Made by a program: the position numbers and the translations under genes. Source: Lentisphaerota bacterium (GTDB lineage: Bacteria; Verrucomicrobiota; Lentisphaeria; Victivallales; GWF2-50-93). From it: DNA of 33,824 nucleotides. Shown one piece after another: positions 23,715 through 32,172 of the stretch (position 1 is the stretch's first letter; each line of letters begins with the position of its first letter). The stretch is from assembly GCA_025360875.1 (NCBI GenBank), contig JANYBI010000767.1, positions 1 through 33,824 on the forward strand. The letters are read 5' to 3'. Under the pieces are notes generated by a model. It did no database searches. It was not told where the DNA came from and was given only the letters and a program-made list of their open reading frames with translations.

Positions 23715-25958
23715 TCACATCTGCTTCCAGAAATATCCCCATGTGTTACGCAGCCAGATTGACGCGCCTTTTGTCAAGTCTACGTCGCGCGCGCCGCTGG
23801 TGGCAAGAGGGATGTCCAGCATCCAGTCAAATTCCCAGCCGCCATAATCCTGGCGTGTCTCGCAGTCGCGGAAGACATTGTTGGTCCAGGTGTTCACATA
23901 AACCCATCCTTTCCCTATCCGGTGGCGGTACAGGAACGGACGCGAGCCTGCGGGGAATTTCCCGACTGCGATCACTTCCGCGCCCTTGACCAGGGCCGGG
24001 ACCGGAGTGAAGGTGTCGTCATCAGTTGAACGGAATCCGAGAAGGCTCAGTTTTTCAGGATACGGGGCGAGATGGCGGAACTGCGGGCAGATGCCCCATT
24101 GCAGGCGGGGGAAGCATTGGACATCCATGTTCGCCTCCTGCGAAGCCGGAGTCGGGTACGGCCAGTTGGTACAGGGTATCTTCGCGTCCGGCCAGTCTTC
24201 CACGCCTTTCGGATCTACGCCGCTCAATCTGGCAAGCGATGCGTTGGAGTATGCCACGCCATGCTCGTCCTTGAAGGAGTCATATCGGTCAAGCGGGAAA
24301 TAGAGGACGCCTCCCTTTTCGACATATGAGAGCAGTTTGTCCGGCATGTCGCGGAAATCGCGTTCGTACATGTTGTCGGCTATCGCCACAAACTTGTACG
24401 AGTCCAGCGTCTCCTGCGAAATATGGATGTCGTTCTGCGAACTCCAGTAGTAGTCCGGCTCGACGCCGATCCGCGCAAAGGCGCCGTTCACTGCGCATGC
24501 CGTCGGCAGCGCCATGCGTCGGAACAGGCTGTACATGCGCGGCGAAGATGACAGCACCATCACGTCGCTTTTCTTCACCGGACGGTTTTCGTCCGCCCTC
24601 CGGGCCGCCTCGCGCGAATACCGGGACACAAGCGATATCACAGGCTTTGGAAATCCGTTGAAATCATTCATGCCAAGGGATTCTCCCTGGAAGAAATACT
24701 TGGTGGGATTCTCGAAACGCTCTTTCTGGTGCGCGCACCATGAGGCATTGTCGTCGCGCCAGTTCCAGTAATGCCAGCCGTCGGCATCGGCCGCAAGACA
24801 GGCGGCGTTCACGCGGTCGATGATTGCGGCCTGCTGTTCGAGCGTCTCAGTCCCGTACGCAGGGGAATCCTGCCAGCCGCCATGGCAGATTACTACTGGC
24901 TGCTGGACAGATTTCTTGAGGAACCTCGCCATGAGATAGGCCGCGTTGTAGACTACAGGAACCTGGTGCGAGAGGCGTGCGTGGTGCACTTCGCGGGTAT
25001 GCACCCATTCCTCGAACGGCTGAACATAGCTTGGCCGGGTCATCTCAAAGAAATAATATTCCATCCAGACCGCCTGCAGGAGTTTTGTCTCGGGGGAGAA
25101 ACCGTCGAGCATTGCCCAGGTGTTCGTGTTGCCCTCGAACGGAGTCCAGATGAACTGCGATGGCGCCACTTTCCTTATTGCCGCATCGAAACGCGCCTGC
25201 GCCTCCCCGATGCTTTTCTTCTGCCAGAGGATGTAGTCGTAGCTGAGCGGATTGCGCAGGGAACCGTTCCACTTGCTTTCCTGCGGAAGCATCACTTCAT
25301 TGAAATCGCGCGGACGGTTTTCAAGCGCGTCAGGTCCACCCATCGCATCAATGAGTCCTTTGAATGTTCCGTAGCGCTGTTTCAGCCAGGAATGCCATTC
25401 GTCCTTCAGGTTGAACGGTATTGAGACGTTGTCGAATCCCTTGTGAAAACGGTCGATGCGGTCGGTATACGCCATCACCGTCGGCTCATTCTTGTACCGT
25501 TCGGCGAACGGTTTCATCTGCATGACATATGCTTCATGCAGCGCAGGATTGAAGCTAGGAAGGAAACGGTTGTCGAACTCCCATTCGCGTCCGGAGATCT
25601 GCTTGTAGGCCGCTGGCGTGTCGATGAAAGGTCCGATGAAAATGCTGATGCGTACGCCAGCCTTCTTCGCGGACTCCACGATCGTGTCCATGCGCTCCAT
25701 GCTCTGCTGAATGACACGGCCGTTTTCGAAGAACATGTCGTTGTGGAAGAACATCGCCGCATGGTTGATGCCCACGTCCGACATGCGCCCGAAATCGCGG
25801 TCGAGTTCCTTGGCGTTCAATTCCCAGCGGCCATCGCGCCACCAGTCGGGACCGCATGCACCGGGAAAACGCCCGTAGTAGATCACCGAGTTGCAATACC
25901 AGCGTTTACCTTCGAGCTCAAACTGCCCTTTCGAGTTTATGCTGACAAAATTTTTCAT
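23715..25958 (-). CDS. Cytoplasmic glycoside-hydrolase-like TIM-barrel + GATase1-like protein. Paralog B of 6533..8761. Family unassigned.
   Basis: 747-aa ORF with AAAGGAAAAG upstream. Blocks: YYGRFPGACGPDWWRDGRWELNAKELDRDFGRMSDVGINH..., AVWMEYYFFE, ADGWHYWNWRDDN, YKFVAIADNMYERDFRDMPDKLLSYVEKGGVLYFP, RIGKGWVYVNTWTNNVFR. By-eye identity to 6533..8761 is about 25-30%. Confidence 0.6.
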   Translation of the reverse strand: MKNFVSINSKGQFELEGKRWYCNSVIYYGRFPGACGPDWWRDGRWELNAKELDRDFGRMSDVGINHAAMFFHNDMFFENGRVIQQSMERMDTIVESAKKAGVRISIFIGPFIDTPAAYKQISGREWEFDNRFLPSFNPALHEAYVMQMKPFAERYKNEPTVMAYTDRIDRFHKGFDNVSIPFNLKDEWHSWLKQRYGTFKGLIDAMGGPDALENRPRDFNEVMLPQESKWNGSLRNPLSYDYILWQKKSIGEAQARFDAAIRKVAPSQFIWTPFEGNTNTWAMLDGFSPETKLLQAVWMEYYFFEMTRPSYVQPFEEWVHTREVHHARLSHQVPVVYNAAYLMARFLKKSVQQPVVICHGGWQDSPAYGTETLEQQAAIIDRVNAACLAADADGWHYWNWRDDNASWCAHQKERFENPTKYFFQGESLGMNDFNGFPKPVISLVSRYSREAARRADENRPVKKSDVMVLSSSPRMYSLFRRMALPTACAVNGAFARIGVEPDYYWSSQNDIHISQETLDSYKFVAIADNMYERDFRDMPDKLLSYVEKGGVLYFPLDRYDSFKDEHGVAYSNASLARLSGVDPKGVEDWPDAKIPCTNWPYPTPASQEANMDVQCFPRLQWGICPQFRHLAPYPEKLSLLGFRSTDDDTFTPVPALVKGAEVIAVGKFPAGSRPFLYRHRIGKGWVYVNTWTNNVFRDCETRQDYGGWEFDWMLDIPLATSGARDVDLTKGASIWLRNTWGYFWKQM

Positions 25959-26049
25959 CCAACTTTTCCTTTATTTAAGTTCTTAGTATTATAGAACGTA
26001 GATATTTTTAGACAGGATTACAGGATTTTCATGATTTATTGAATTCAAT

Positions 26050-28053
26050 TCACGCCTCCAGATCCAGCCATTTCATTTCATCAGGGCTCAGCTTCACTTC
26101 GAGCGCGGCCAGGCAGCTCCTGATCTCGGCAGGCCGCTTGGGACCGATGAGCGGGAACGTCGGAAACGGCAGATTCAGAACCCAGGCAAGCGCGATGTTG
26201 ATCGGTTCCACGCCGCGTTTTTTCGCCAGTTCGTTGACGCGTTCCTTGCGCCGGAAATTCTCCTCGCCGTACCAGCAGCGGCACAGTTCCGGATCAGACT
26301 TGTTCTCCCTGGAGGCGCGGTCCGTGAAGAATCCGCGCGCCTGGCTCGACCATGACAACATCGGCGTCTGCGTCTTTTCAAACCATTTGCGAGATTCGCA
26401 ATCAGACGAGGATACCAGATGCATGTCCCAGAGCGGCGCCAGCACGCGCGCCAGGCTGAGCTGGTTGCTGACCACGCTGAAACTTGCCAGCCCTTTGCTG
26501 CGGGCATATTCATCGAACGCCTTGAGACGCGGAATTGAAAAATTCGAAAGACCGAAGATTTTCATGCGTCCGGCTTTGAGATTTTCATTGAGCACATCAG
26601 CCCATTCGCCGATCGGCACCTGCTCATTGTCGCGGTGGATCATGTAGATGTCCACGCAGTCCATCTGCAGGCGTTCAAGGCCGTGGACAAGTTCGTAGGT
26701 GAGCCCTTCGGGATTTCCTTTTGCGAAGTTCGCACCTTTCTCGATGACGACCACCTGATCACGGACTCCTCTTTGGCGTACCCACGAGCCAAGATTGATT
26801 TCCGGTGCCCCGTTGGGGTTTCCATAGGCGTACGAAGTGTCAAAAGCGTTTCCGCCACGTGTGAAAAATTCGTCCAGCATGATCGAGGTGTCAGGCATGG
26901 TGTTGTTGGAATCGCATCCGAACACGAGACGTGAAACGGGCTTTTCCAGACCTTTGATTTTGCCGTATTTCATCGGGGCGTCCGCAGATTTCCGGAGAGG
27001 GCGGTGCGTGATCGTCTGTAATGCGTTCTCCGGTTTCTCAAGATCATAGACAAGTCCGATCTCCCTGCGCCAGCGGTCCAGGGCGCGGATGTTTCCAAGC
27101 GAGTCGTCCCAGCTCATTTCCGGCGCCTGGCGCTTTTCGATTGAGGCCGCAACAGCATCAGCCTCGACTGCGTAGAGATCCTTGTCGTGACGCACAATTA
27201 TTTCCTGTGAATCTGCGGCATAGTTCTTGCGCAGGATCAGCTTGCTCTCGGAATATCCGTATCCGGCGACCCATGGCGTAGGCACGAAAAGGCTTGCTTC
27301 GGAACCGTAGATCCAGACGACCTCCTCCTGCGCGACCCGCAGTCCGGTTGAAAGTTCAGCACATATCCCGCCGGGGAAACGCAATGACGCGACAGCGCAA
27401 TCGTCCGTGCCGGTCACGCCGAGATGGCCGCAGCCTTTCAGTTCGGCAGGTTCGTCGAACGGTTTGCCGGTGGCGGCACCTGCGATCAGGCGCGCCATCG
27501 ACAGCGGATAGCAGCCGACGTCCAATATTCCCCCTCCTCCGAGAGCCTGCGAAAAGAATCTGCTGTCGGCTGGCGCATTCGTGTTGTAGCTGAATGAGGC
27601 GTGGATCATCCGGATCTCCCCAAGAACACCGCTACGGACGATTTCCACAATCTTCCGGGTCTGCGGCGTGCACCGGTACATAAAAGCTTCCATCAGGAAC
27701 ACGTCATGTTCGCGGGCGGCGTCGATCATCGCCAGCGCTTCCGGCGTGTTCATGCCGATAGGTTTTTCCACCAGGATATGCTTGCCCGCCTCCGCGGCCT
27801 TTATTGTCCATTCCGCATGCATCGGATGCGGTGTCGAGACATAGACGGCATCCACGCCGGAGTCGGCGAGCAGTTCCTCATAGCTGGCATATGCACGCGG
27901 GATTTCGAACTCTTTCGCGAAGGATTCAGCCGTGCTCCTGGAACGGCTGCCTACAGCGACGAGTTCTCCAGTATCGGAGGCCTTGACGCCTTTGGCGAAA
28001 CGTTTGGCGATAAGTCCGGTTCCCAATATTCCCCAGCGAAGCCTGTCATTCAT
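26050..28053 (-). CDS. Two-domain oxidoreductase: N-terminal Gfo/Idh/MocA NAD(P)-dependent dehydrogenase fused to a C-terminal aldo/keto reductase
   Basis: 667-aa ORF with AAGGAG 7 nt upstream. N-terminal domain: LRWGILGTGLIAKRFAKG (Rossmann GxGxxA), VYVSTPHPMHAEW, HILVEKP (EKP motif). C-terminal domain from about residue 355: GGNAFDTSYAYG...INLG (Asp/Tyr of the AKR tetrad), VVVIEKG (Lys), VDIYMIHRDN (His), IFGLSNFS, PLIGPKRPAEI. Confidence 0.85.
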   Translation of the reverse strand: MNDRLRWGILGTGLIAKRFAKGVKASDTGELVAVGSRSRSTAESFAKEFEIPRAYASYEELLADSGVDAVYVSTPHPMHAEWTIKAAEAGKHILVEKPIGMNTPEALAMIDAAREHDVFLMEAFMYRCTPQTRKIVEIVRSGVLGEIRMIHASFSYNTNAPADSRFFSQALGGGGILDVGCYPLSMARLIAGAATGKPFDEPAELKGCGHLGVTGTDDCAVASLRFPGGICAELSTGLRVAQEEVVWIYGSEASLFVPTPWVAGYGYSESKLILRKNYAADSQEIIVRHDKDLYAVEADAVAASIEKRQAPEMSWDDSLGNIRALDRWRREIGLVYDLEKPENALQTITHRPLRKSADAPMKYGKIKGLEKPVSRLVFGCDSNNTMPDTSIMLDEFFTRGGNAFDTSYAYGNPNGAPEINLGSWVRQRGVRDQVVVIEKGANFAKGNPEGLTYELVHGLERLQMDCVDIYMIHRDNEQVPIGEWADVLNENLKAGRMKIFGLSNFSIPRLKAFDEYARSKGLASFSVVSNQLSLARVLAPLWDMHLVSSSDCESRKWFEKTQTPMLSWSSQARGFFTDRASRENKSDPELCRCWYGEENFRRKERVNELAKKRGVEPINIALAWVLNLPFPTFPLIGPKRPAEIRSCLAALEVKLSPDEMKWLDLEA

Positions 28054-28067
28054 AACACGACTCCTTT

Positions 28068-30113
28068 TTATTTTATTGTCGTAGGCAGTTCTACCCCGCT
28101 TATCGCATAGGTATGCAGAGCTTCAAGGACGTATGAATCCGATTTCGGCAACGCCCTGCCGGCAGTGACATCGTAGACTTTCCCGGGCAGAGCCACACTG
28201 CGTTTCTTGAAATTGAAGACTGTCGCCTTCTTCCCTTTCTCATCGTGCCACAGGACGGAAAGCCCGTCCTCCTGCATATAACGGCGCTTCATGTCCGACA
28301 TGACCGCGTGATAATCGGCAAGAGCCTGCCTGAAGTCATCGCCCCAGACCGTATCGATGCGTTTGCCGTCAATTTCAAGAGGTATTCCGAGACACGCCTT
28401 GTTGGCGAGCTGGTAATAGAGGCCGTCGGCACCTTTCGGGTTGAGATCCTTCAATGCCTGTGTTCCGGGAACAGTGGTGTAGTCGTTGCCCATGCCGACC
28501 TTGTAGCAGGCGAATATGGTTTCCATGTTGTAGCTGGAAGGATGCCCGTGCATCGGCTGTGTCCAGGGGCCGAAGGACTCGATCGTCCAGGTCACGCCCT
28601 TGTCCTGCGCCTTCTTGAACAGGTCCAGTAGGCCGCGCCACATGGTCCGCGGCGCCATCTCATTATAGTTTATCGCCATGAAGGCCAGATTGTAGAAGCT
28701 GTCGAAGAAGAAATGCGTGCCGGTCTCCTTATGGATCTTAACATGCGAGTCGAGGAAATATTTCTTCGCCTCAGGACAGCTGAAGTCGAGCACGCTCATG
28801 CAGCCCATGTAGGCGCCGCCGTACTTCTGGCGCGAATCCTCGAGCAGCACATACCAGCACTCCTTGCCCAGCGACCGTTCCGACCTGTTGAGCGGACTGG
28901 AGAGCGCCTGGTCGTTGTTCGTCCAGCTCAGCACCTCTATGCCGTGCTTCGCGCACTCGTCGGCAAAGGCCTTGACCTTTTTCGTGCCTCCGAGCTTTTC
29001 TGACAGCTCGTACTCATGTCCGCAGCACATGTTCCAGTTGAACACTCCGGGCATCGGCGCGGACTCGGTAAATGCGGACTTCTTGAGATTGTCCACGAAG
29101 AGGCGTTTGACCCCGAGCTTGACGGCCGCAGGCAGCAGATCCTTGTAGTAGCTGTCAACCATGAAATTGCACCAGAAATTCTGGGCTATCGTAGGTACTA
29201 TGGGGAAATCCCTCAGTCCGAACTCGGCGCGCGCCCTGGTATCGACTTCGTCTGAAACCCAGGTCCACAGGTTCTTCTGGTCTGTTTCCGTTTTCGGCGC
29301 CGAGTTGATGAGTATCTTCTTTGCGGAAGTCGCATATTTTTTCGTCTGGTCGAAAATGTGCTTGTCAAAGACCTTCAGTTCCGGTTTTCCCGCATCGCGC
29401 ACAACAACGGAACGTATCAGCTCGAGCTTCTCAAAGACGCCGATGAGAGTCCTGCCGCCCTTGAACTGGTAGTCGAATGAACCGTGTCCGGCCCAGCGCG
29501 GAAGATTGTGGGTCATCACCGGATTCTGGTTGCCGCCCTCGATGAGGAAGAACAGTATTCCTTCGGTGGTCCAGGAGTTTTTCCGGTCGAACTTGATGGC
29601 GGGAGAGGAACATGAGGACTGCGAATAAGCCGTGGCGCCGCTTATGTCGCCGTCGAGTTCCCAGCTCGCCATGTCCATCAACCAGAAGGCCGGCACATCA
29701 GCGCTGGCGTATTCCCAGTGGTATGAGAATCCTTCGAAGCCGGTCCCGTTGAAAGTGTCCTTGGCCTGTTTTAGGACGAGATCTAGCTTCGCGGTGCCGG
29801 CGACAGGATCCTTGTCCCAGTCGCCTACCTCATGGATCGGATCGAAGCTGTGGTCGCGCATGAGCTTGACCGGAAGCTTTTTGAAGTTGGCTTCAAGGCA
29901 GATGCGGATTTCGTTTTTTCCCTTGACGATCTTCTTCAGATCCAGCCTGGAAAGCTCAAGTCCCGTGAAAGTCTGCATGAAGCATCTGAGCGGAAGACGT
30001 CCCGAGCGTACCAATGTCTTCCCGATCCAGATCCGTCCAAGTCCTACGAATTCGCCTTTTTCAGAAACGACTTCAAACCTGCAATCCTTGAGATCAACTA
30101 TCTGCTTGCTCAT
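28068..30113 (-). CDS. Uncharacterised 681-aa protein with a glycoside-hydrolase-like (beta/alpha)8 C-terminal half and a novel N-terminal beta-rich half
   Basis: I moved the start from 30509 to the ATG at 30113 (MSKQIVDLKDCRFEVV...). The 132-aa extension overlaps the regulator gene out of frame and is Gly/Pro/Arg-rich low-complexity sequence. The 30113 start has AAAGGAAG upstream and lies 14 nt after the regulator stop. GH-like blocks: VLDFSCPEAKKYFLDSHVKIHKETGTHFFFDSFYN (a strand ending in Asp, as in GH13/GH31-type barrels) and VTWTIESFGPW (candidate Glu). Confidence 0.65.
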   Translation of the reverse strand: MSKQIVDLKDCRFEVVSEKGEFVGLGRIWIGKTLVRSGRLPLRCFMQTFTGLELSRLDLKKIVKGKNEIRICLEANFKKLPVKLMRDHSFDPIHEVGDWDKDPVAGTAKLDLVLKQAKDTFNGTGFEGFSYHWEYASADVPAFWLMDMASWELDGDISGATAYSQSSCSSPAIKFDRKNSWTTEGILFFLIEGGNQNPVMTHNLPRWAGHGSFDYQFKGGRTLIGVFEKLELIRSVVVRDAGKPELKVFDKHIFDQTKKYATSAKKILINSAPKTETDQKNLWTWVSDEVDTRARAEFGLRDFPIVPTIAQNFWCNFMVDSYYKDLLPAAVKLGVKRLFVDNLKKSAFTESAPMPGVFNWNMCCGHEYELSEKLGGTKKVKAFADECAKHGIEVLSWTNNDQALSSPLNRSERSLGKECWYVLLEDSRQKYGGAYMGCMSVLDFSCPEAKKYFLDSHVKIHKETGTHFFFDSFYNLAFMAINYNEMAPRTMWRGLLDLFKKAQDKGVTWTIESFGPWTQPMHGHPSSYNMETIFACYKVGMGNDYTTVPGTQALKDLNPKGADGLYYQLANKACLGIPLEIDGKRIDTVWGDDFRQALADYHAVMSDMKRRYMQEDGLSVLWHDEKGKKATVFNFKKRSVALPGKVYDVTAGRALPKSDSYVLEALHTYAISGVELPTTIK

Positions 30114-30127
30114 TTTCTTCTTCCTTT

Positions 30128-31192
30128 CTATATGTTTATTGCGGAAACCGCCAATGGCAGTTCGGATTCGAAAACTGGTCTTATATCCGTATCCTTCTGG
30201 AATTTCTTCTTCTCGCGCTGCGCCACCAGGCATCTGATGGAACGTGCAAGGACATCCTGGCAGTCCATTCCAAGACGTGTCACCGGCACACTGCTCGGGG
30301 AACGGTCCGGGAAATTGCAGTGCGCGACAACCTCCAGGTTCTGCGGAACTCTCACTCCCGAATGGAGGAGACCTTCGGTTGCCGCCTCGACCAGATGGTC
30401 GTCGCGTATGATCAGGGCATCCGGGCGGTTTTTTTCCGAGATCCCCATGAGAAGCATCGCAGCCTGATGCGCCGACCATGGATAGTCCGGTGAACATGCC
30501 TGGACCCACATCCCCCTGCCCACGCCCTTCTTCTCAAGATAGGCTGTGTCCTCTTCGACCGCCCATCTGTTGATATATGCGCCGATCAGGGCGATCTTCC
30601 TGCGCCCTTTTTTCATCAGATGCTCCACGGCCCTCTCGATGAAATTACGGCAATTCAAATTCATATGGCAGAGATCCGGATAGCATTCCGGATCGCATAT
30701 GGCGACTCTCGGCAGATCCTTCTGCTCCAGGACTGGTGTCCTTTCAAGATGGTATGGGGGCGCGATGAAGATCAGTCCAGCCACCCTGTGCGCCTCCACA
30801 TCCGACATGAGACGCCTGTAGCCTTCGGACTGGATGTGCCCGCCATCATAGCAATATGAGGAAAATTTCATCGGACCTCCGCCTGCGATCTTCTGGGCGG
30901 CCTGCTGGAACGCCATGGCGAAACGGGAGCCTGAGAACGGTATGCCCGAGACTAGGCCATAGTGGTTCAGGTGCGGCGGATTTTCCGCAACGACAGTCCC
31001 TCCGGACCGGTTCGTGCAGACGAATCCGTCGCGGATCAGGCTGTTCATGGCAAGCTGGACGGTCTGCCTGCTAGCATTGAACCGCAGCTGGAGATCATCG
31101 CGCGTGGGAAGCTTGGAACCCGGGGGATATTTCCCGCCGACTATTTCCATCCTGACCTGTGACAGGATATTGCTCTGCTTGGCGTTGATCAT
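30128..31192 (-). CDS. Transcriptional regulator: GntR-type winged HTH fused to a LacI/PBP1-type sugar-binding domain
   Basis: 354-aa ORF. N-terminus KLPTRDDLQLRFNASRQTVQLAMNSLIRDGFVCTNRSGGTVVAE is a GntR HTH. The C-terminal blocks are those of a periplasmic-binding-protein-like I fold: GLIFIAPPY, RKIALIGAY, PDALIIRDDHLVEAATEGLLHSGVRVPQNLEVVAHCNFP. It is the first gene of the co-directional cluster. Confidence 0.8.
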   Translation of the reverse strand: MINAKQSNILSQVRMEIVGGKYPPGSKLPTRDDLQLRFNASRQTVQLAMNSLIRDGFVCTNRSGGTVVAENPPHLNHYGLVSGIPFSGSRFAMAFQQAAQKIAGGGPMKFSSYCYDGGHIQSEGYRRLMSDVEAHRVAGLIFIAPPYHLERTPVLEQKDLPRVAICDPECYPDLCHMNLNCRNFIERAVEHLMKKGRRKIALIGAYINRWAVEEDTAYLEKKGVGRGMWVQACSPDYPWSAHQAAMLLMGISEKNRPDALIIRDDHLVEAATEGLLHSGVRVPQNLEVVAHCNFPDRSPSSVPVTRLGMDCQDVLARSIRCLVAQREKKKFQKDTDIRPVFESELPLAVSAINI

Positions 31193-31511
31193 GGCGCTTA
31201 GTTCATTGATTTTTCTTTTAGTCTATATTTAGCTTATACTATTATGAACTATGTGTCAAGCCGCCATGGCAAAAGTTTTCAATAAACTTCTTGCTTTACT
31301 TGCACGGCCTATGGCTGGAATTATCTCGCACAAAGGCACAAAGCCACTGAGTAAAAATTCGATTTCCCATGATTTGTCCTATCTGCAATACTATCCGTCA
31401 TCTTGTTGTGTTTCTGCACGTTTATTAAATGGGCTATTGTCAAGTTTTTGCGTAGCAAAACCTTAACTATGATTTATTTTCGTGTGATTAGTGTGTTTCG
31501 TGGTTAATGTT

Positions 31512-31538
31512 TTCTGTGTATTCTGTGTGTTCTGTGGT
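31512..31538 (+). promoter_or_regulatory. Three tandem 9-mers TTCTGTGTA / TTCTGTGTG / TTCTGTGGT upstream of rubrerythrin; candidate regulator-binding repeats
   Basis: Read directly from the sequence. More degenerate copies (ttcgtgtga, agtgtgttt, cgtggtt) lie just upstream at ~31483..31506. The repeats sit ~100-125 nt before the rbr ATG, in the divergent intergenic region. Confidence 0.35.
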
Positions 31539-31565
31539 TTATAATTTCGGCTGGAGGATTTTTCT

Positions 31566-31594
31566 TTGAAAATCTGGTAAGAGGAATGTATCTT
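31566..31594 (+). promoter_or_regulatory. Candidate sigma70-type promoter for rubrerythrin (TTGAAA-17 nt-TATCTT)
   Basis: -35 TTGAAA at 31566..31571, exactly 17-nt spacer, -10 TATCTT at 31589..31594, ~40 nt upstream of the ATG. AGGAGG RBS at 31622..31627. Confidence 0.35.
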
Positions 31595-31635
31595 CATGCA
31601 TCAACGGATAATTTCCAACTACAGGAGGATATGTC

Positions 31636-32172
31636 ATGGCGGAGTTAAAAGGCAGCAAGACCGAGAAGAACCTGATGGCGGCGTTTGCCGGAGAATCACA
31701 GGCCAGGAACAAATACACCTATTTCGCGTCTGTCGCAAAAAAGGAAGGCTACGAACAGATCGCCTCCATCTTCCTTGAGACTGCCGAACAGGAGAAGGAA
31801 CATGCCAAACTGCATTTCCAGCACCTCTCCGGCATAGGCGACACGATTGCGAACCTCAAGGCGGCAGCCGCCGGCGAAGGCGACGAATGGACCGACATGT
31901 ATCCCCGGATGGCGAAGGAAGCCCGTGACGAAGGATTCACCGAGCTCGCCCGCATCTTCGAAGGTATTGGCAAGATCGAAAAGGAACATCAGGAACGCTA
32001 CAAGATCCTGCTGAAAAACGTCGAGGAAGGCGCTGTCTTCCAGAAGAAGGAAAAGACCAAGTGGCGCTGCCGCAACTGCGGTTTCACGCACGAAGGCACG
32101 AAATCCGTGGACAAATGCCCGATATGCCAGCATCCGAAAGCCTATTTCGAGGTTGTACCCTATAACTATTGA
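31636..32172 (+). CDS. rbr: Rubrerythrin (di-iron four-helix bundle plus C-terminal rubredoxin-like Cys4 domain)
   Basis: 178-aa ORF with AGGAGG 8 nt upstream. KGSKTEKNLMAAFAGESQARNKYTYFASVAKKEGYEQIASIFLETAEQEKEHAKLHF and EFTELARIF..I..IEKEHQERY supply the E..E..H di-iron ligands. WRCRNCGFTHEG....CPICQHPKAYFE is the CxxC...CxxC rubredoxin motif. Confidence 0.95.
   Translation: MAELKGSKTEKNLMAAFAGESQARNKYTYFASVAKKEGYEQIASIFLETAEQEKEHAKLHFQHLSGIGDTIANLKAAAAGEGDEWTDMYPRMAKEARDEGFTELARIFEGIGKIEKEHQERYKILLKNVEEGAVFQKKEKTKWRCRNCGFTHEGTKSVDKCPICQHPKAYFEVVPYNY

Noticed and set aside
23704-23742. 13-aa N-terminal extension of the xylose-isomerase-like gene
   Set aside because: It overlaps the upstream gene by 28 nt. 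The ATG at 23703 has a perfect GAAGGAG 7 nt upstream.
25988-25993. Perfect TATAAT on the minus strand in the 91-nt gap upstream of 23715..25958, considered as an internal promoter
   Set aside because: There is no acceptable -35 or extended -10 (TG) at the proper spacing. It is an isolated hexamer in AT-rich DNA and insufficient evidence.
30114-30509. 132-aa N-terminal extension of ORF 28068..30509
   Set aside because: It overlaps the 3' end of the regulator gene (30128..31192) in another frame and is Gly/Pro/Arg/Ser-rich. An internal ATG at 30113 with AAAGGAAG upstream lies 14 nt after the regulator stop and gives a sensible N-terminus.
31251-31466. 71-aa plus-strand ORF in the regulator/rubrerythrin divergent region
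   Set aside because: No RBS, odd composition (Leu/Ser/Cys-rich), and it lies where the two promoters are expected. A TTGACA -35-like hexamer for the regulator (31254..31259, minus strand) sits inside it, but it lacks a convincing -10, so I did not call it as a feature.
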